Shown here: one piece after another, positions 24,619-33,843 of the stretch
Layout of the letters: every line of letters starts with the position of its first letter
Position numbering within the stretch: position 1 is the first letter of the stretch
DNA from: an uncultured Bacilli bacterium
Lineage (GTDB): Bacteria; Bacillota_I; Bacilli_A; RF39; UBA660
Assembly: GCA_944363855.1 (NCBI GenBank)
Contig: CALVVM010000035.1
Span: forward strand, 1 to 49,898
Length of the DNA stretch: 49,898 bases
Direction of reading: 5' to 3'
The notes under the pieces: model-generated
The model's input: the letters and a program-made list of their open reading frames with translations, nothing else
Told to the model about the DNA's origin: nothing
Database searches by the model: none
Position numbers and translations under genes: made by a program

Positions 24619-25689
24619 ATGGAATATATAATATTAAGTTTACTTATTATAATTATTATTTTATTGGTTATAATAATATTTAGAAAAAGTAATAATAATG
24701 AATCAGAAGAAAAACTAAATAGATTAGAAATAAGTGTTATAAAAGAAATAAGTGATTTTAAAACTGATTTTTCTAGAAGTTTAACAACTGATTTTAATAA
24801 TCAAACTGAAAGACTTGATAATAGATTAAGATTAATAAATGATAAAGTAAATGAAAGATTAGATGAAAATTTTGAAAAAACAAATAAGACATTTACTAAT
24901 GTTTTAGAAAGATTATCAAAGATAGATGAAGCTCAGAAGAAAATAGATACTTTATCTGGAGATATAGTATCTCTACAAGGTGTTTTAACTGATAAAAAAA
25001 CTAGAGGGGTATTTGGAGAAGTTAATTTAGAAAACATTTTATCTAATGTATTTGGTAAAAATAATACTAAAATTTATCAAATGCAATATACTTTTAATAA
25101 TGGAACTATAGCTGATTCTGTTTTATTTACACCTGAACCATTAGGTACTATAGCAATTGATTCTAAGTTTCCTTTAGAACACTATCAAATAATGGTTGAT
25201 AGAAAAAACAGTGCTGAGGTTCGTAATCAAGCAGAAAAAATGTTTAAAGTGGATATGAAAAAGCACATAGATGCGATAAGTAGCAAATATATTATTCCTG
25301 GAGTAACTAGCGATCAAGCAATACTTTTTCTACCTGCAGAAGCTATATTTGCTGAAGTAAATGCATATCACACAGATTTACTTGAATATGCTTATAAAAA
25401 AAGAGTATGGATAACAAGTCCTACTACTTTGATTAGTACTCTTACAACAATACAAATAATAATAAAAAATATTGAAAGAGATAAGTTTGCTAAAGTTATT
25501 CATAGTGAATTAAGACTTTTAGATGAAGAATTTAAAAGATATAAAGATAGATGGGATAAACTTTATAGAAGTATAGAAACAGTAAGTAAAGATGTAAAAG
25601 ATATACATACAACTACTGATAAAATAACAAAAAGATTTAATAGTATTAATCAAGTGGAGATGGTTGAAATAGATGACAAAGAGAATTAA
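24619..25689 (+). CDS. rmuC: DNA recombination protein RmuC
   Basis: Start at ATG 24619 behind AGGTGA. N-terminal TM, long coiled coil, then GVFGE...IAIDSKFPLE...ILFLPAEA, typical of the RmuC family. Confidence 0.75.
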   Translation: MEYIILSLLIIIIILLVIIIFRKSNNNESEEKLNRLEISVIKEISDFKTDFSRSLTTDFNNQTERLDNRLRLINDKVNERLDENFEKTNKTFTNVLERLSKIDEAQKKIDTLSGDIVSLQGVLTDKKTRGVFGEVNLENILSNVFGKNNTKIYQMQYTFNNGTIADSVLFTPEPLGTIAIDSKFPLEHYQIMVDRKNSAEVRNQAEKMFKVDMKKHIDAISSKYIIPGVTSDQAILFLPAEAIFAEVNAYHTDLLEYAYKKRVWITSPTTLISTLTTIQIIIKNIERDKFAKVIHSELRLLDEEFKRYKDRWDKLYRSIETVSKDVKDIHTTTDKITKRFNSINQVEMVEIDDKEN

Positions 25690-25758
25690 ATTTCATTAAT
25701 ACTAATAGCTATTATAGGGACTTTATATTTTGTATTTACTAGAGATACTAATATAGTA

Positions 25759-26262
25759 TTGATACTAAAAGATATATCTATAATAGTTACCATAAGTGCT
25801 TTATATATAATACAAAAATTATTTAAAATAAGAATAAATGAAGTAATAAATTTAATATATATAATATTTATATTTATGGCTCATTTTTTAGGTGTTATTT
25901 GTGAACTATACAATTACATATATTGGTTTGATAAATTTGTTCATTTCTTATCTGGAATAGTTACTGCTTTTGTAGCTATATATCTATTAGTAAAATGTAA
26001 GAAAGATAAAAATATATTTTTTGATATATTAGTTATTATTTCTTTAACACTTGCTGTAGCTGCCTTTTGGGAAATATTTGAATATTCATCTAGTTTTTAT
26101 TTTTATATGGATCCTCAAAAAGTATTATTAACAGGTGTAAATGATACTATGGGAGATATTATAGTAGTTTTTTTAGGTTCTGTATTGGTTTCTATTAGTT
26201 ATTATTTTGAAAATAAATATAATTATAAATTATTAATTAAAAAATTTATAAAAACTGTATAA
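25759..26262 (+). CDS. YjdF/DUF2238-like integral membrane protein (start uncertain)
   Basis: WFDKFVHFLSGIV and AAFWEIFEY motifs with 5-6 TM helices. The frame is open and hydrophobic back to the rmuC stop, so the real start probably lies upstream of TTG 25759. Confidence 0.4.
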   Translation: MILKDISIIVTISALYIIQKLFKIRINEVINLIYIIFIFMAHFLGVICELYNYIYWFDKFVHFLSGIVTAFVAIYLLVKCKKDKNIFFDILVIISLTLAVAAFWEIFEYSSSFYFYMDPQKVLLTGVNDTMGDIIVVFLGSVLVSISYYFENKYNYKLLIKKFIKTV

Positions 26263-26299
26263 ATAAAGTAAATTTATTTACTTTATTTATTTTTTTTTG
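26261..26299 (+). terminator. rho-independent terminator
   Basis: 12-bp stem AAATAAAGTAAA (26261-26272) / TTTACTTTATTT (26277-26288) followed by a T-run. Confidence 0.7.
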
Positions 26300-26323
26300 T
26301 ATAATTAAATTAGGAGTGATAAT

Positions 26324-26824
26324 ATGAATAGCAATTCTAAAAAAAGTAGATTTGGTAGAAAAGGCATTATAATAGGGATTTTGGTTTTAGCAATTTTATT
26401 ATTAGTTATTTATCTGCTTGTAGGAAGTGAAGAAAAAGAAAAAGTAATGAATTGTAACATGACAATGAATAGCGAAAATTTATTTAGTTTAGATATGCAA
26501 ATGGAAGTAGAATATACTGATTATGTAGACTTTATAAAAGGAAAAATATATTATAAATTTTTGAATAATGAATTAAAGAACAATATTGATATTTTAAAAG
26601 ATTCATTGAGTAATAGTTTTTCTGGTTTAAATAGTATTCAGATTAATATAACTAAAGAAAGTGATATGCTAGTAATAGATTATTCAATTGATTATAGCAC
26701 AGTGAATAAGAAAGAATTAGAAACATTCGGTTTCAATTTTACAGATAGTGATTCATTAGAAATAACAAGAGAAGAATTTAAAAAACAAATTTTAGAAGGT
26801 GGGGGAAGTTGTGTTGAAGAATAA
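26324..26824 (+). CDS. N-terminally membrane-anchored protein, function unknown
   Basis: 166-aa ORF with RBS AGGAG and TM IIIGILVLAILLLVIYLLV. Its end overlaps the start of the following pilin-module gene. Confidence 0.45.
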   Translation: MNSNSKKSRFGRKGIIIGILVLAILLLVIYLLVGSEEKEKVMNCNMTMNSENLFSLDMQMEVEYTDYVDFIKGKIYYKFLNNELKNNIDILKDSLSNSFSGLNSIQINITKESDMLVIDYSIDYSTVNKKELETFGFNFTDSDSLEITREEFKKQILEGGGSCVEE

Positions 26825-28022
26825 TTTATTTAAAACTTTTTTAATTATATTTATATCTATTTTTGTAGGAATAATTTCTGTTGAAGCAGATACTACATCC
26901 TGTGAATTTAGTGATAATTTTACTATAAAGTATGATGAATCTGGAACCGTAGATTTTGATTCTACATATTTTGAGACAAACCATACACCTTGGTATATTA
27001 ATTGGCTTACGAATAATAATACAAATAAAATAAATTATACAGAAAAATTGGAATATCAAGAGAAAGATTTATTTGGTTCTTGCCCAGAAAAGATATATTT
27101 ATGCTTATATGAAGAATATTCTCTTGAAAGTGGTATTGCTGTGTTTTTTTCAGATGAACATAGTAGATTAAATCATCTTCAACTTGTATATATTTTTTAT
27201 AGCAAAGCAGAAATGAGTGAAGAATCCAATTTGAAAGGTCTAACTAATGGTGAGTGGACTGAATTAAGTAGTGAAATATTGGATGGTATAGTTAGTACCT
27301 ATAATGCTTGTTCTGATTATGATATACCTGTTTTAAGTCAAATCACTGGTGGTTTATGTGGTATAGGTGGTTTTGTTTGGGAGTCCATCATTAAGGGGAC
27401 ATGGTCAACGGAAGCATTTTATGTTAAGTATAAAGATTGTAAAGAATTAACTTATGATGGAGATTTACCTACGTATAATTTAGCTTGTAGTAAATTGAAC
27501 TCTTATTTGGAAAAGTTTAATGATTCCATAAAGCAGTATAAAGGATGTTCATCTAATGATGCGGCTTGTATTTCAAAATCAATTACTGCAGTAAATGAAA
27601 GAGAAGATGTAATTAAAGGATATTGTAAATCTATCTTAGCTGAATATGATTATGATAATGATGTTGAACAGGAGTGTTTGGAAGCTTGCTTGGATATTGG
27701 TATTCAAACTAAAAAAGCAAAAGTTGCAGCCGGTTTAATAAGTGGTGATTCAGGTGAATGCGGATTTTCAGCTAGATTACTAGTTTGGTTAAGTAATATA
27801 CTTAGATGGATAAAATACATATTACCAGTAATAGTAATTGTTATGGGTATTCTTGATTTTATTAAGGCTATTGCTGCAGGAAAAGATGATGAAATGAAAA
27901 AAGCGCAAGGAAGTTTTACAAAAAGATTAATAGCAGCTGCTTTAGTATTCTTAATACCTTTAATAATAGAATTTGTATTAGATAAAATGGGATTTGGATA
28001 TAACGATTGCGGATTATTCTAA
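26811..28022 (+). CDS. secreted Cys-rich protein with a C-terminal VirB2-like two-helix module (dispersed paralogue 5)
   Basis: Start at GTG 26811 or TTG 26814 behind GGTGGGGGAAG. Signal peptide, a ~300-aa Cys-rich domain, then ECGFS...WIKYILPVIVIVMGILDFIKAIAAGKDDEMKKAQGSFTKRLIAAALVFLIPLIIEFV. Confidence 0.5.
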   Translation: MLKNNLFKTFLIIFISIFVGIISVEADTTSCEFSDNFTIKYDESGTVDFDSTYFETNHTPWYINWLTNNNTNKINYTEKLEYQEKDLFGSCPEKIYLCLYEEYSLESGIAVFFSDEHSRLNHLQLVYIFYSKAEMSEESNLKGLTNGEWTELSSEILDGIVSTYNACSDYDIPVLSQITGGLCGIGGFVWESIIKGTWSTEAFYVKYKDCKELTYDGDLPTYNLACSKLNSYLEKFNDSIKQYKGCSSNDAACISKSITAVNEREDVIKGYCKSILAEYDYDNDVEQECLEACLDIGIQTKKAKVAAGLISGDSGECGFSARLLVWLSNILRWIKYILPVIVIVMGILDFIKAIAAGKDDEMKKAQGSFTKRLIAAALVFLIPLIIEFVLDKMGFGYNDCGLF

Positions 28023-28031
28023 TCCTTTTTC
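28011..28031 (+). terminator. weak terminator-like hairpin
   Basis: GGATTA (28011-28016) / TAATCC (28020-28025) followed by TTTTT. The stem is short. Confidence 0.3.
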
Positions 28032-28125
28032 TTTACACTTTTTTCAAATATATTTATATATTTTTATTAAAATATATTGAAACTAATATAGAAAATGACT
28101 TATAATATAATTGGAGGATAGTACT

Positions 28126-30216
28126 ATGGAAGATAAAATAATACAAATATTAAGTGAAGATAATGGCGCCTTAGATGTTCATGAAATAGAGGCTAGATTA
28201 GGTTTTAATACTGTAGATGAACTAAAAGAACTATTAAAAGAATTAAATAGATTAGAAGAAGAATATAAAATTTATAGAACTAAAAAAGATAAATATATGC
28301 TTTTTAATAATAGTAATTTAAAATTAGGTAAACTAATGGGCACTAAAAAAGGTTATGCTTTTGTAGATATCGAAGGAGATGAAGATGTTTTTATCGCACA
28401 AGATAACTTAAATGGTGCTATAAATAATGACCAAGTAATAGTAGAAATAACTTCTAAAAAAGGTTTAAGATTAGAAGGAAGAATACTTAAAGTAATAGAA
28501 AGAAAGTTACAACAATTTGTAGGTAAAGTTTATTTTAAACATAATAAATGTTTAATTGATCTAGATGATAAAAAAGTAAACTTAAATATAATAGTAGATC
28601 CTGATAAGAGTTTAGGTGCTGTAAGTGGGCATAAAGTAGTAGTAAGATTATTAAATAAAATAGATAATATTAATTATAAAGGTGCTATTATAAAAATATT
28701 AGGGCATGTAGATGATCCTGGCGTAGATATTTTAAGTATAGCTGCTAAATATGAAATAGAAGATGAATTTCCAAGAGAAGTAGAAGAACAATTAAAAGAT
28801 ATACCAGACCACGTATTAGAGCATGAATATGAAGGTAGAACTGACTTAAGAGAAGAAGTGATATTTACTATTGATGGTGATGATACTAAGGATATAGATG
28901 ATGCTATATCAATAGAAAAACTAGATAATGGTAATTACAAATTAGGTGTTCATATAGCTGATGTAAGTTATTATGTAACTGAAAATAGTGCTTTAGATGA
29001 AGAAGCCTATAAAAGAGGTACTAGTGTATATCTTGCTAATACTGTAATACCTATGTTACCTCATCAACTTTCTAATGGTATATGCTCGTTAAATCCTAAT
29101 GTAGACAGACTTGCTGTTAGTTGTGTTATGGAAATAGATAATAACGGTGAAGTAGTAGAATATGATATATTTGAAAGTGTTATTAAATCTAGAATACAAA
29201 TGACATACAAAAAAGTTAATGCGATATTGGAAGAAAATACAATTGCTGAAGGTTATGAAACTTATGTAGAAAAATTAAATTTAATGAAAGAATTAGCTGA
29301 AATATTAAGAGCTAATAAGGTTAGAAAAGGTTATATTGATTTTGATATAGATGAAGCGAAAATTATAACAGATGAAAATGGTGAAGCAATAGATGTAAAA
29401 CTTAGAGAACGTGGTACTGGAGAAAAGTTAATTGAAGACTTTATGATTGCTGCTAATGAGACAGTTGCTCGTCATATAACTTATATGGAATATCCATTTA
29501 TATATCGTGTACACGGTGAACCAAATGAAGAAAAAATAAATACATTCTTAAATTTTGTAAGTATACTTGGGCATAGTGTTCATAAAATGAAAAAGATTAC
29601 ATCTAAAGCTATGCAAGAATTACTTAATGAATTAAAGGATGTAAAAGAATACAACATATTGTCACCACTTTTACTTAGAAGTATGCAAAAAGCTGTATAT
29701 GACAAAACTAATATAGGGCACTTTGGCCTTGCAAGTAAATGTTATACACACTTTACATCACCAATAAGAAGATATCCTGACACAACTGTACATAGACTTC
29801 TTAGAACGTATTTATTTAATAAAAATATAAATATGGATACAATTAATTATTGGGATCAAAAACTTTTACCACTCGCTGTTCATACATCTGAAAGAGAAAG
29901 AGCTTCTATTGAATGTGAAAGAGAAGTAGATGATATGAAGATGGCTGAATATATGGAAAAACATATAGGTGAAGAATTTACTGGTGTTGTATCAAGTGTT
30001 ATGAGTTTTGGTATGTTTATTGAACTTCCAAATAAAATTGAAGGATTAGTTAGAATAGACGATTTAACTGATGATTACTATAGATATGATGAATCAACAT
30101 TCGCACTTGTTGGAAACAATAATAAGCGCGGATATAGACTTGGCGATGAAGTTAAAGTTATAGTAAAAGCTGCTAGTAAAATAAATCATACAGTAGATTT
30201 TATAATCAAAAAGTAG
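28126..30216 (+). CDS. rnr: ribonuclease R
   Basis: Start at ATG 28126, 8 nt after GGAGG. RNB catalytic region IDGDDTKDIDDAIS and HFGLA...YTHFTSPIRRYPD. C-terminal S1 domain FTGVVSSVMSFGMFIEL. Confidence 0.9.
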   Translation: MEDKIIQILSEDNGALDVHEIEARLGFNTVDELKELLKELNRLEEEYKIYRTKKDKYMLFNNSNLKLGKLMGTKKGYAFVDIEGDEDVFIAQDNLNGAINNDQVIVEITSKKGLRLEGRILKVIERKLQQFVGKVYFKHNKCLIDLDDKKVNLNIIVDPDKSLGAVSGHKVVVRLLNKIDNINYKGAIIKILGHVDDPGVDILSIAAKYEIEDEFPREVEEQLKDIPDHVLEHEYEGRTDLREEVIFTIDGDDTKDIDDAISIEKLDNGNYKLGVHIADVSYYVTENSALDEEAYKRGTSVYLANTVIPMLPHQLSNGICSLNPNVDRLAVSCVMEIDNNGEVVEYDIFESVIKSRIQMTYKKVNAILEENTIAEGYETYVEKLNLMKELAEILRANKVRKGYIDFDIDEAKIITDENGEAIDVKLRERGTGEKLIEDFMIAANETVARHITYMEYPFIYRVHGEPNEEKINTFLNFVSILGHSVHKMKKITSKAMQELLNELKDVKEYNILSPLLLRSMQKAVYDKTNIGHFGLASKCYTHFTSPIRRYPDTTVHRLLRTYLFNKNINMDTINYWDQKLLPLAVHTSERERASIECEREVDDMKMAEYMEKHIGEEFTGVVSSVMSFGMFIELPNKIEGLVRIDDLTDDYYRYDESTFALVGNNNKRGYRLGDEVKVIVKAASKINHTVDFIIKK

Positions 30217-30238
30217 AGATAGACTTTATCTCTTTTTT
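30215..30238 (+). terminator. rho-independent terminator
   Basis: GAGATA / TATCTC stem followed by T6, directly after the rnr stop. Confidence 0.55.
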
Positions 30239-30264
30239 GTTTTATAATATTTATAGGTGATAAA

Positions 30265-31389
30265 ATGAAAAAAAGAAGATTGAAAAAAAGTGTATATATA
30301 GTTTTTTTTGTAATCTTTGCTTTAACAATAGGAATAGTAATATTGTCACAAAATCAAAATGAAAAAAATGTCGATAAAAGTAAAGATGATGTAAATGAAT
30401 ACACAGATAAAGTAGTGGAAGAACTGCCTAAAGAAAAAAGAATGTCAATAATATCTGTTGGTGATATATTGATACATGAAAGCGTATATAAAGATGCAGA
30501 GAAAGAAGATGGCACTTATGACTTTCATTATATGTTTACAGATATAGAACCTATAATAAAAAAATATGATTTGAAGTTTTGTAATCAAGAATCTAATATA
30601 GGTGGTAAAACATTAGGTATAAGTGGATATCCTAGTTTTAATTCTCCAGATGAAATAGGTGATGAACTAGTTAGTTTAGGATTTAACCTTATAAGCTTAG
30701 CTAATAATCATACATTAGACAAGGGAGAAGATGCAGCTTTATATTCTAATAGTTATTGGAAAAGTAAAAATGTAAACTTTGCTGGAAGTTATTCTAGTAG
30801 TGAAGAGAGAAATGAAGTAAAGATATATGAGCAAAATGGAATCAAATATGCATTTTTAGCTTATACAACTATTTCTAATGCTAAGGTTAGAAAAGATTAT
30901 CTATTAAATATGTATAGTGCAGATAAAGCTAAAGAGGATATAGAAAAAGTTAAAGATCAAGTAGATGTAATCCTTGTTTCAATGCATTGGGGAGTAGAGG
31001 ATACCAATACTCCTACAGAAAGCCAAAGACAAATTGCTGATTATTTATCTAGTTTAGGTGTAAATATGATAATTGGACATCATCCTCATGTAGTACAACC
31101 TGTTGAGTATGTAAATGATACATTAGTAATTTATTCTTTAGGTAATTTTATATCTAATCAATTATCAATAGATTTGAATAACGGTATTGGACTTATGTAT
31201 GGAATAGATATAGTATTAGATGATAGTGGAGTTAGATTTGAAAATGAATATAAAGAGTTGGTACTTGCTTATTCGGAAAAGAGTACTAACTTTAAAGTAA
31301 TACCATTTTCAAAATTAAGTGATAGTTTATTAAATAATTATAAAAGCATTGAACAAGAATATATGAATATAGTAAATGGTGGTGAATAA
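30265..31389 (+). CDS. CapA/PgsA-family metallophosphoesterase-like protein (poly-gamma-glutamate capsule synthesis-like)
   Basis: N-terminal TM, then SVGDILIHE, LANNHTLD, SMHWGVE and GHHPHVVQP motifs typical of the CapA family. Confidence 0.7.
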   Translation: MKKRRLKKSVYIVFFVIFALTIGIVILSQNQNEKNVDKSKDDVNEYTDKVVEELPKEKRMSIISVGDILIHESVYKDAEKEDGTYDFHYMFTDIEPIIKKYDLKFCNQESNIGGKTLGISGYPSFNSPDEIGDELVSLGFNLISLANNHTLDKGEDAALYSNSYWKSKNVNFAGSYSSSEERNEVKIYEQNGIKYAFLAYTTISNAKVRKDYLLNMYSADKAKEDIEKVKDQVDVILVSMHWGVEDTNTPTESQRQIADYLSSLGVNMIIGHHPHVVQPVEYVNDTLVIYSLGNFISNQLSIDLNNGIGLMYGIDIVLDDSGVRFENEYKELVLAYSEKSTNFKVIPFSKLSDSLLNNYKSIEQEYMNIVNGGE

Positions 31390-31830
31390 ATGATAGAAAT
31401 CAAAAATAAAAAAGCTAGTTTTGATTATTTTATAGAAGAAGAGATAGAATGTGGAATAGTTTTAAAAGGTACTGAAATAAAATCTATTAGAAATGGTCAA
31501 GCAAATATAAAAGACTGTTATGCTATTGTAAAAAATAATGAAGTATTCTTACTTAATATGTATATAGCTAAATATAATGATGCTAGTATATTTAATCATG
31601 ACGAAAGAAGAACTAGAAAATTATTGCTTAACAAAAGAGAAATATTAAAATTAAGAGATAAAGTAGAAATAAGTGGGTATACACTTGTACCTATTAAGTT
31701 ATATTTTAAAGGCAATAGAGCTAAAATACTTCTTGGAGTATGTAAAGGTAAAAAGAATTATGACAAAAGAGAGTCAATAAAGGAAAAAGATGTAAAGCGA
31801 GATATAGAAAAAGCATTAAAAAACAAATAA
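31390..31830 (+). CDS. smpB: SsrA-binding protein SmpB
   Basis: 146 aa with KKASFDYFIEE..ECGIVLKGTEIKS, RTRKLLLNKREI and a basic C-terminal tail. Confidence 0.9.
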   Translation: MIEIKNKKASFDYFIEEEIECGIVLKGTEIKSIRNGQANIKDCYAIVKNNEVFLLNMYIAKYNDASIFNHDERRTRKLLLNKREILKLRDKVEISGYTLVPIKLYFKGNRAKILLGVCKGKKNYDKRESIKEKDVKRDIEKALKNK

Positions 31831-31848
31831 TGCTTGCTTTTTCTTTTT
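31811..31848 (+). terminator. terminator-like hairpin
   Basis: AAGCATT (31811-31817) / AATGCTT (31829-31835) followed by GCTTTTTCTTTTT. The loop is 11 nt, so the structure is only moderate. Confidence 0.35.
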
Positions 31849-31902
31849 GTTTATTATATACTTAAGGTGTGATATATGATAACGGAAGGAGATGGCTTTT
31901 AT

Positions 31903-32160
31903 ATGAAAATTACGTCAGTCAATGTTCACAAAAAAAATGATGAAACAAGAATGAAAGGAATCGCTTCAGTATTACTAGATGATTGCTTCGTAATTCGTGA
32001 TATTAGAATTATTGAAGGAAAAGATGGTTTATTCATCGCAATGCCTAGTAGAAAGAATGCTGATGGTGAATATCACGATATAGCTCACCCAATCAATGCT
32101 GAAACAAGAAAAATGTTTGAGGATGCTATATTCGGAGCTTATAATAAAGAAGAAGAATAA
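31903..32160 (+). CDS. spoVG: septation/sporulation regulator SpoVG
   Basis: Start at ATG 31903 behind GGAGAT. MKITSVNVHK...GIASVLLDDCFVIRDIRIIEGKDGLFIAMPSRK is characteristic of SpoVG. Confidence 0.9.
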   Translation: MKITSVNVHKKNDETRMKGIASVLLDDCFVIRDIRIIEGKDGLFIAMPSRKNADGEYHDIAHPINAETRKMFEDAIFGAYNKEEE

Positions 32161-32163
32161 AAT

Positions 32164-32185
32164 AAAAACTCGTAAGAGTTTTTTT
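32164..32185 (+). terminator. rho-independent terminator
   Basis: AAAAACTC-GTAA-GAGTTTTT hairpin running into a T-tract after spoVG. Confidence 0.6.
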
Positions 32186-32227
32186 CATATATATAAAATT
32201 TTCACATACAATGTAGTAGGTGAGAAA

Positions 32228-32512
32228 ATGGACAAGGATATAATATCAGGAAATCATAATATTGCTATAAGTATGAGAAAAAGTATAAATTTAACAGGAG
32301 TAAAGAAGATAGAAAACTTTGATGAAAATGAGTTTTTGCTTGAAACTAATATGGGATATTTAATGATTAAAGGGACTAATTTAGAAATAATAAAATTAGA
32401 TACTTATCAAGGAGATGTATCTATAAAAGGAAAAGTAGATAGTTTAAATTATTTAGAAAACAATAAAAAACAAGAAAAACAAGAAAGCGTTTTTTCTAAA
32501 TTATTTAAATGA
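32228..32512 (+). CDS. yabP: sporulation protein YabP
   Basis: Start at ATG 32228 behind AGGTGAG. The ~94-aa sequence ...LTGVKKIENFDENEFLLETNMGYLMIKGTNLEI... plus the yabP-yabQ-divIC context support the call. Confidence 0.75.
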   Translation: MDKDIISGNHNIAISMRKSINLTGVKKIENFDENEFLLETNMGYLMIKGTNLEIIKLDTYQGDVSIKGKVDSLNYLENNKKQEKQESVFSKLFK

Positions 32513-32796
32513 TAGATTTAACTTTACAATTTAAATTAATCTTTTTTTCTTTTATATTTGGTTTTATGTTTTCTGCATCCTTAGAAGGATTCAACAAAAT
32601 AATAAAAAAATATTCTACGGTTATAGAAATAATATTTTCGTTTTTATTTATAGTTTTTATGTCATTTCTTTATTTTATAGGAATAGAAAGAATAAGCAAT
32701 GCGATATTTCATATATATTCAATATTAAGTATTATATTTGGATTTTTTCTTTATGATATCATTATAAAGATAATTGCAAATAACAATAAAAAATGA
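32509..32796 (+). CDS. yabQ: spore cortex biosynthesis membrane protein YabQ
   Basis: 95-aa, 3-TM protein in an ATGA overlap with yabP. Conserved gene order. Confidence 0.6.
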   Translation: MIDLTLQFKLIFFSFIFGFMFSASLEGFNKIIKKYSTVIEIIFSFLFIVFMSFLYFIGIERISNAIFHIYSILSIIFGFFLYDIIIKIIANNNKK

Positions 32797-32817
32797 TATA
32801 CTTTATATGGTGATAAT

Positions 32818-33237
32818 ATGCCTAGAAGAAGAATATCAAGGGCTTCTAAAAGAAGACTTACAATTTTTGGGACAATTAGTTTAGTAGCCATTGTATATTT
32901 TGGCTTTAATTTAATATATAGTGCATATACAATTTATGATCTATCTATGGAAAAAAAGAGAATGGAAAAATTGTATGTAGACTTACAAGAAGAGGCAGAA
33001 TCACTTAAAATAGAAATAGAAAAACTAAATGATGATAGTTATTTAGCTAATTATGCTAGAGAACACTTTTTATATTCTAAAGATGGAGAATATATACTTC
33101 AAATAGATGATATAGAAAAAATAGAAGATGATATAACTTTTGAAATAAATAAAACTTATGTGATAATAGGTTTAAGCTTACTCATGTTCTTTATATTTGT
33201 ATATATTTTGTCTAAGGGAGCAAGAAAAAAAGTATAA
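32818..33237 (+). CDS. divIC: septum formation initiator (DivIC/FtsB family)
   Basis: Basic N-terminus, one TM, and the coiled coil MEKKRMEKLYVDLQEEAESLKIEIEKLND. Follows yabQ as in Bacillus. Confidence 0.55.
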   Translation: MPRRRISRASKRRLTIFGTISLVAIVYFGFNLIYSAYTIYDLSMEKKRMEKLYVDLQEEAESLKIEIEKLNDDSYLANYAREHFLYSKDGEYILQIDDIEKIEDDITFEINKTYVIIGLSLLMFFIFVYILSKGARKKV

Positions 33238-33240
33238 ACA

Positions 33241-33270
33241 AAAGGTGCTATAATTTTATAGCACCTTTTT
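33241..33270. terminator. bidirectional terminator between convergent divIC and lemA
   Basis: AAAGGTGCTATA (33241-33252) / TATAGCACCTTT (33257-33268) with A-rich and T-rich flanks. Confidence 0.7.
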
Positions 33271-33790
33271 CCATGTCTACATTATTTCCATCAAAGTAAT
33301 CTTTTGTTTTATAGCCTTTTAAAATGGCGATAAAGTTTGATGGACAAGATTTAACTAATTTATTATAATCAGTTATTATATCATTATAATATTTTCTAAG
33401 TCCTACTATTTCTGATTCAGATTCCATTAAGTTTATATCTATTTTCATAAATTCTTCGTTAGTATGTAATTCAGGATATTTTTCCTTTATTACATGAAAT
33501 TCGTTAATAGCTATGTATAAATTTCTATCTAATTCAAAATTAGTAAGTTTTTTAGATCTAAGTTTAACTATTATATCTAATATTTCTTCTTCTGTTTCTA
33601 TATTAGCTTTAATAATACCAATTGATTTGTTAAGTAGGTCAAATCTTTTTCTTAATACAGAATCAATATTTTCATCTGCTTCATTTATTCTAATTATATA
33701 ATCTTGAAAATGATTATAAGTAGCTACTAATAGTATTAGAATTAATCCAATAACAATAACTACTGATAATGTTACGATTGCTATAGTCAT
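33248..33790 (-). CDS. lemA: LemA family membrane protein
   Basis: N-terminal TM followed by YNHFQDYIIRINEADENIDSVLRKRFDLLNKSI, typical of LemA. Confidence 0.7.
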   Translation of the reverse strand: MTIAIVTLSVVIVIGLILILLVATYNHFQDYIIRINEADENIDSVLRKRFDLLNKSIGIIKANIETEEEILDIIVKLRSKKLTNFELDRNLYIAINEFHVIKEKYPELHTNEEFMKIDINLMESESEIVGLRKYYNDIITDYNKLVKSCPSNFIAILKGYKTKDYFDGNNVDMEKGAIKL

Positions 33791-33843
33791 TTATACCACC
33801 TTATGAACATTATAGCAAATCCCTAAAAATCAATCAATAGTTT

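Noticed and set aside
25685-25699. Programmed -1 ribosomal frameshift joining ATG 25673 to the YjdF-like frame
   Set aside because: The zero-frame sequence ATT AAA TTT CAT does not form an X XXY YYZ slippery heptamer, and no downstream stimulatory structure is apparent. An indel or non-canonical start is more likely.
5292-26813. Upstream alternative starts given in the ORF track (5292, 9282, 9736, 12189, 14874, 21654, 24610, 26799)
   Set aside because: Each extension overlaps the preceding gene or lacks an RBS. A downstream ATG, GTG or TTG with a well-spaced Shine-Dalgarno gives a canonical signal peptide or N-terminus.
31831-31902. Search for tmRNA (ssrA) directly downstream of smpB
   Set aside because: The gap is only 72 nt and contains a hairpin and the spoVG RBS. 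There is no tRNA-like acceptor or T-arm sequence.
32096-32227. Long N-terminal extension of yabP that overlaps the end of spoVG (track ORF start 32096)
   Set aside because: The extension crosses the spoVG terminator and has no RBS. ATG 32228 follows AGGTGAG and gives a normal-length YabP.
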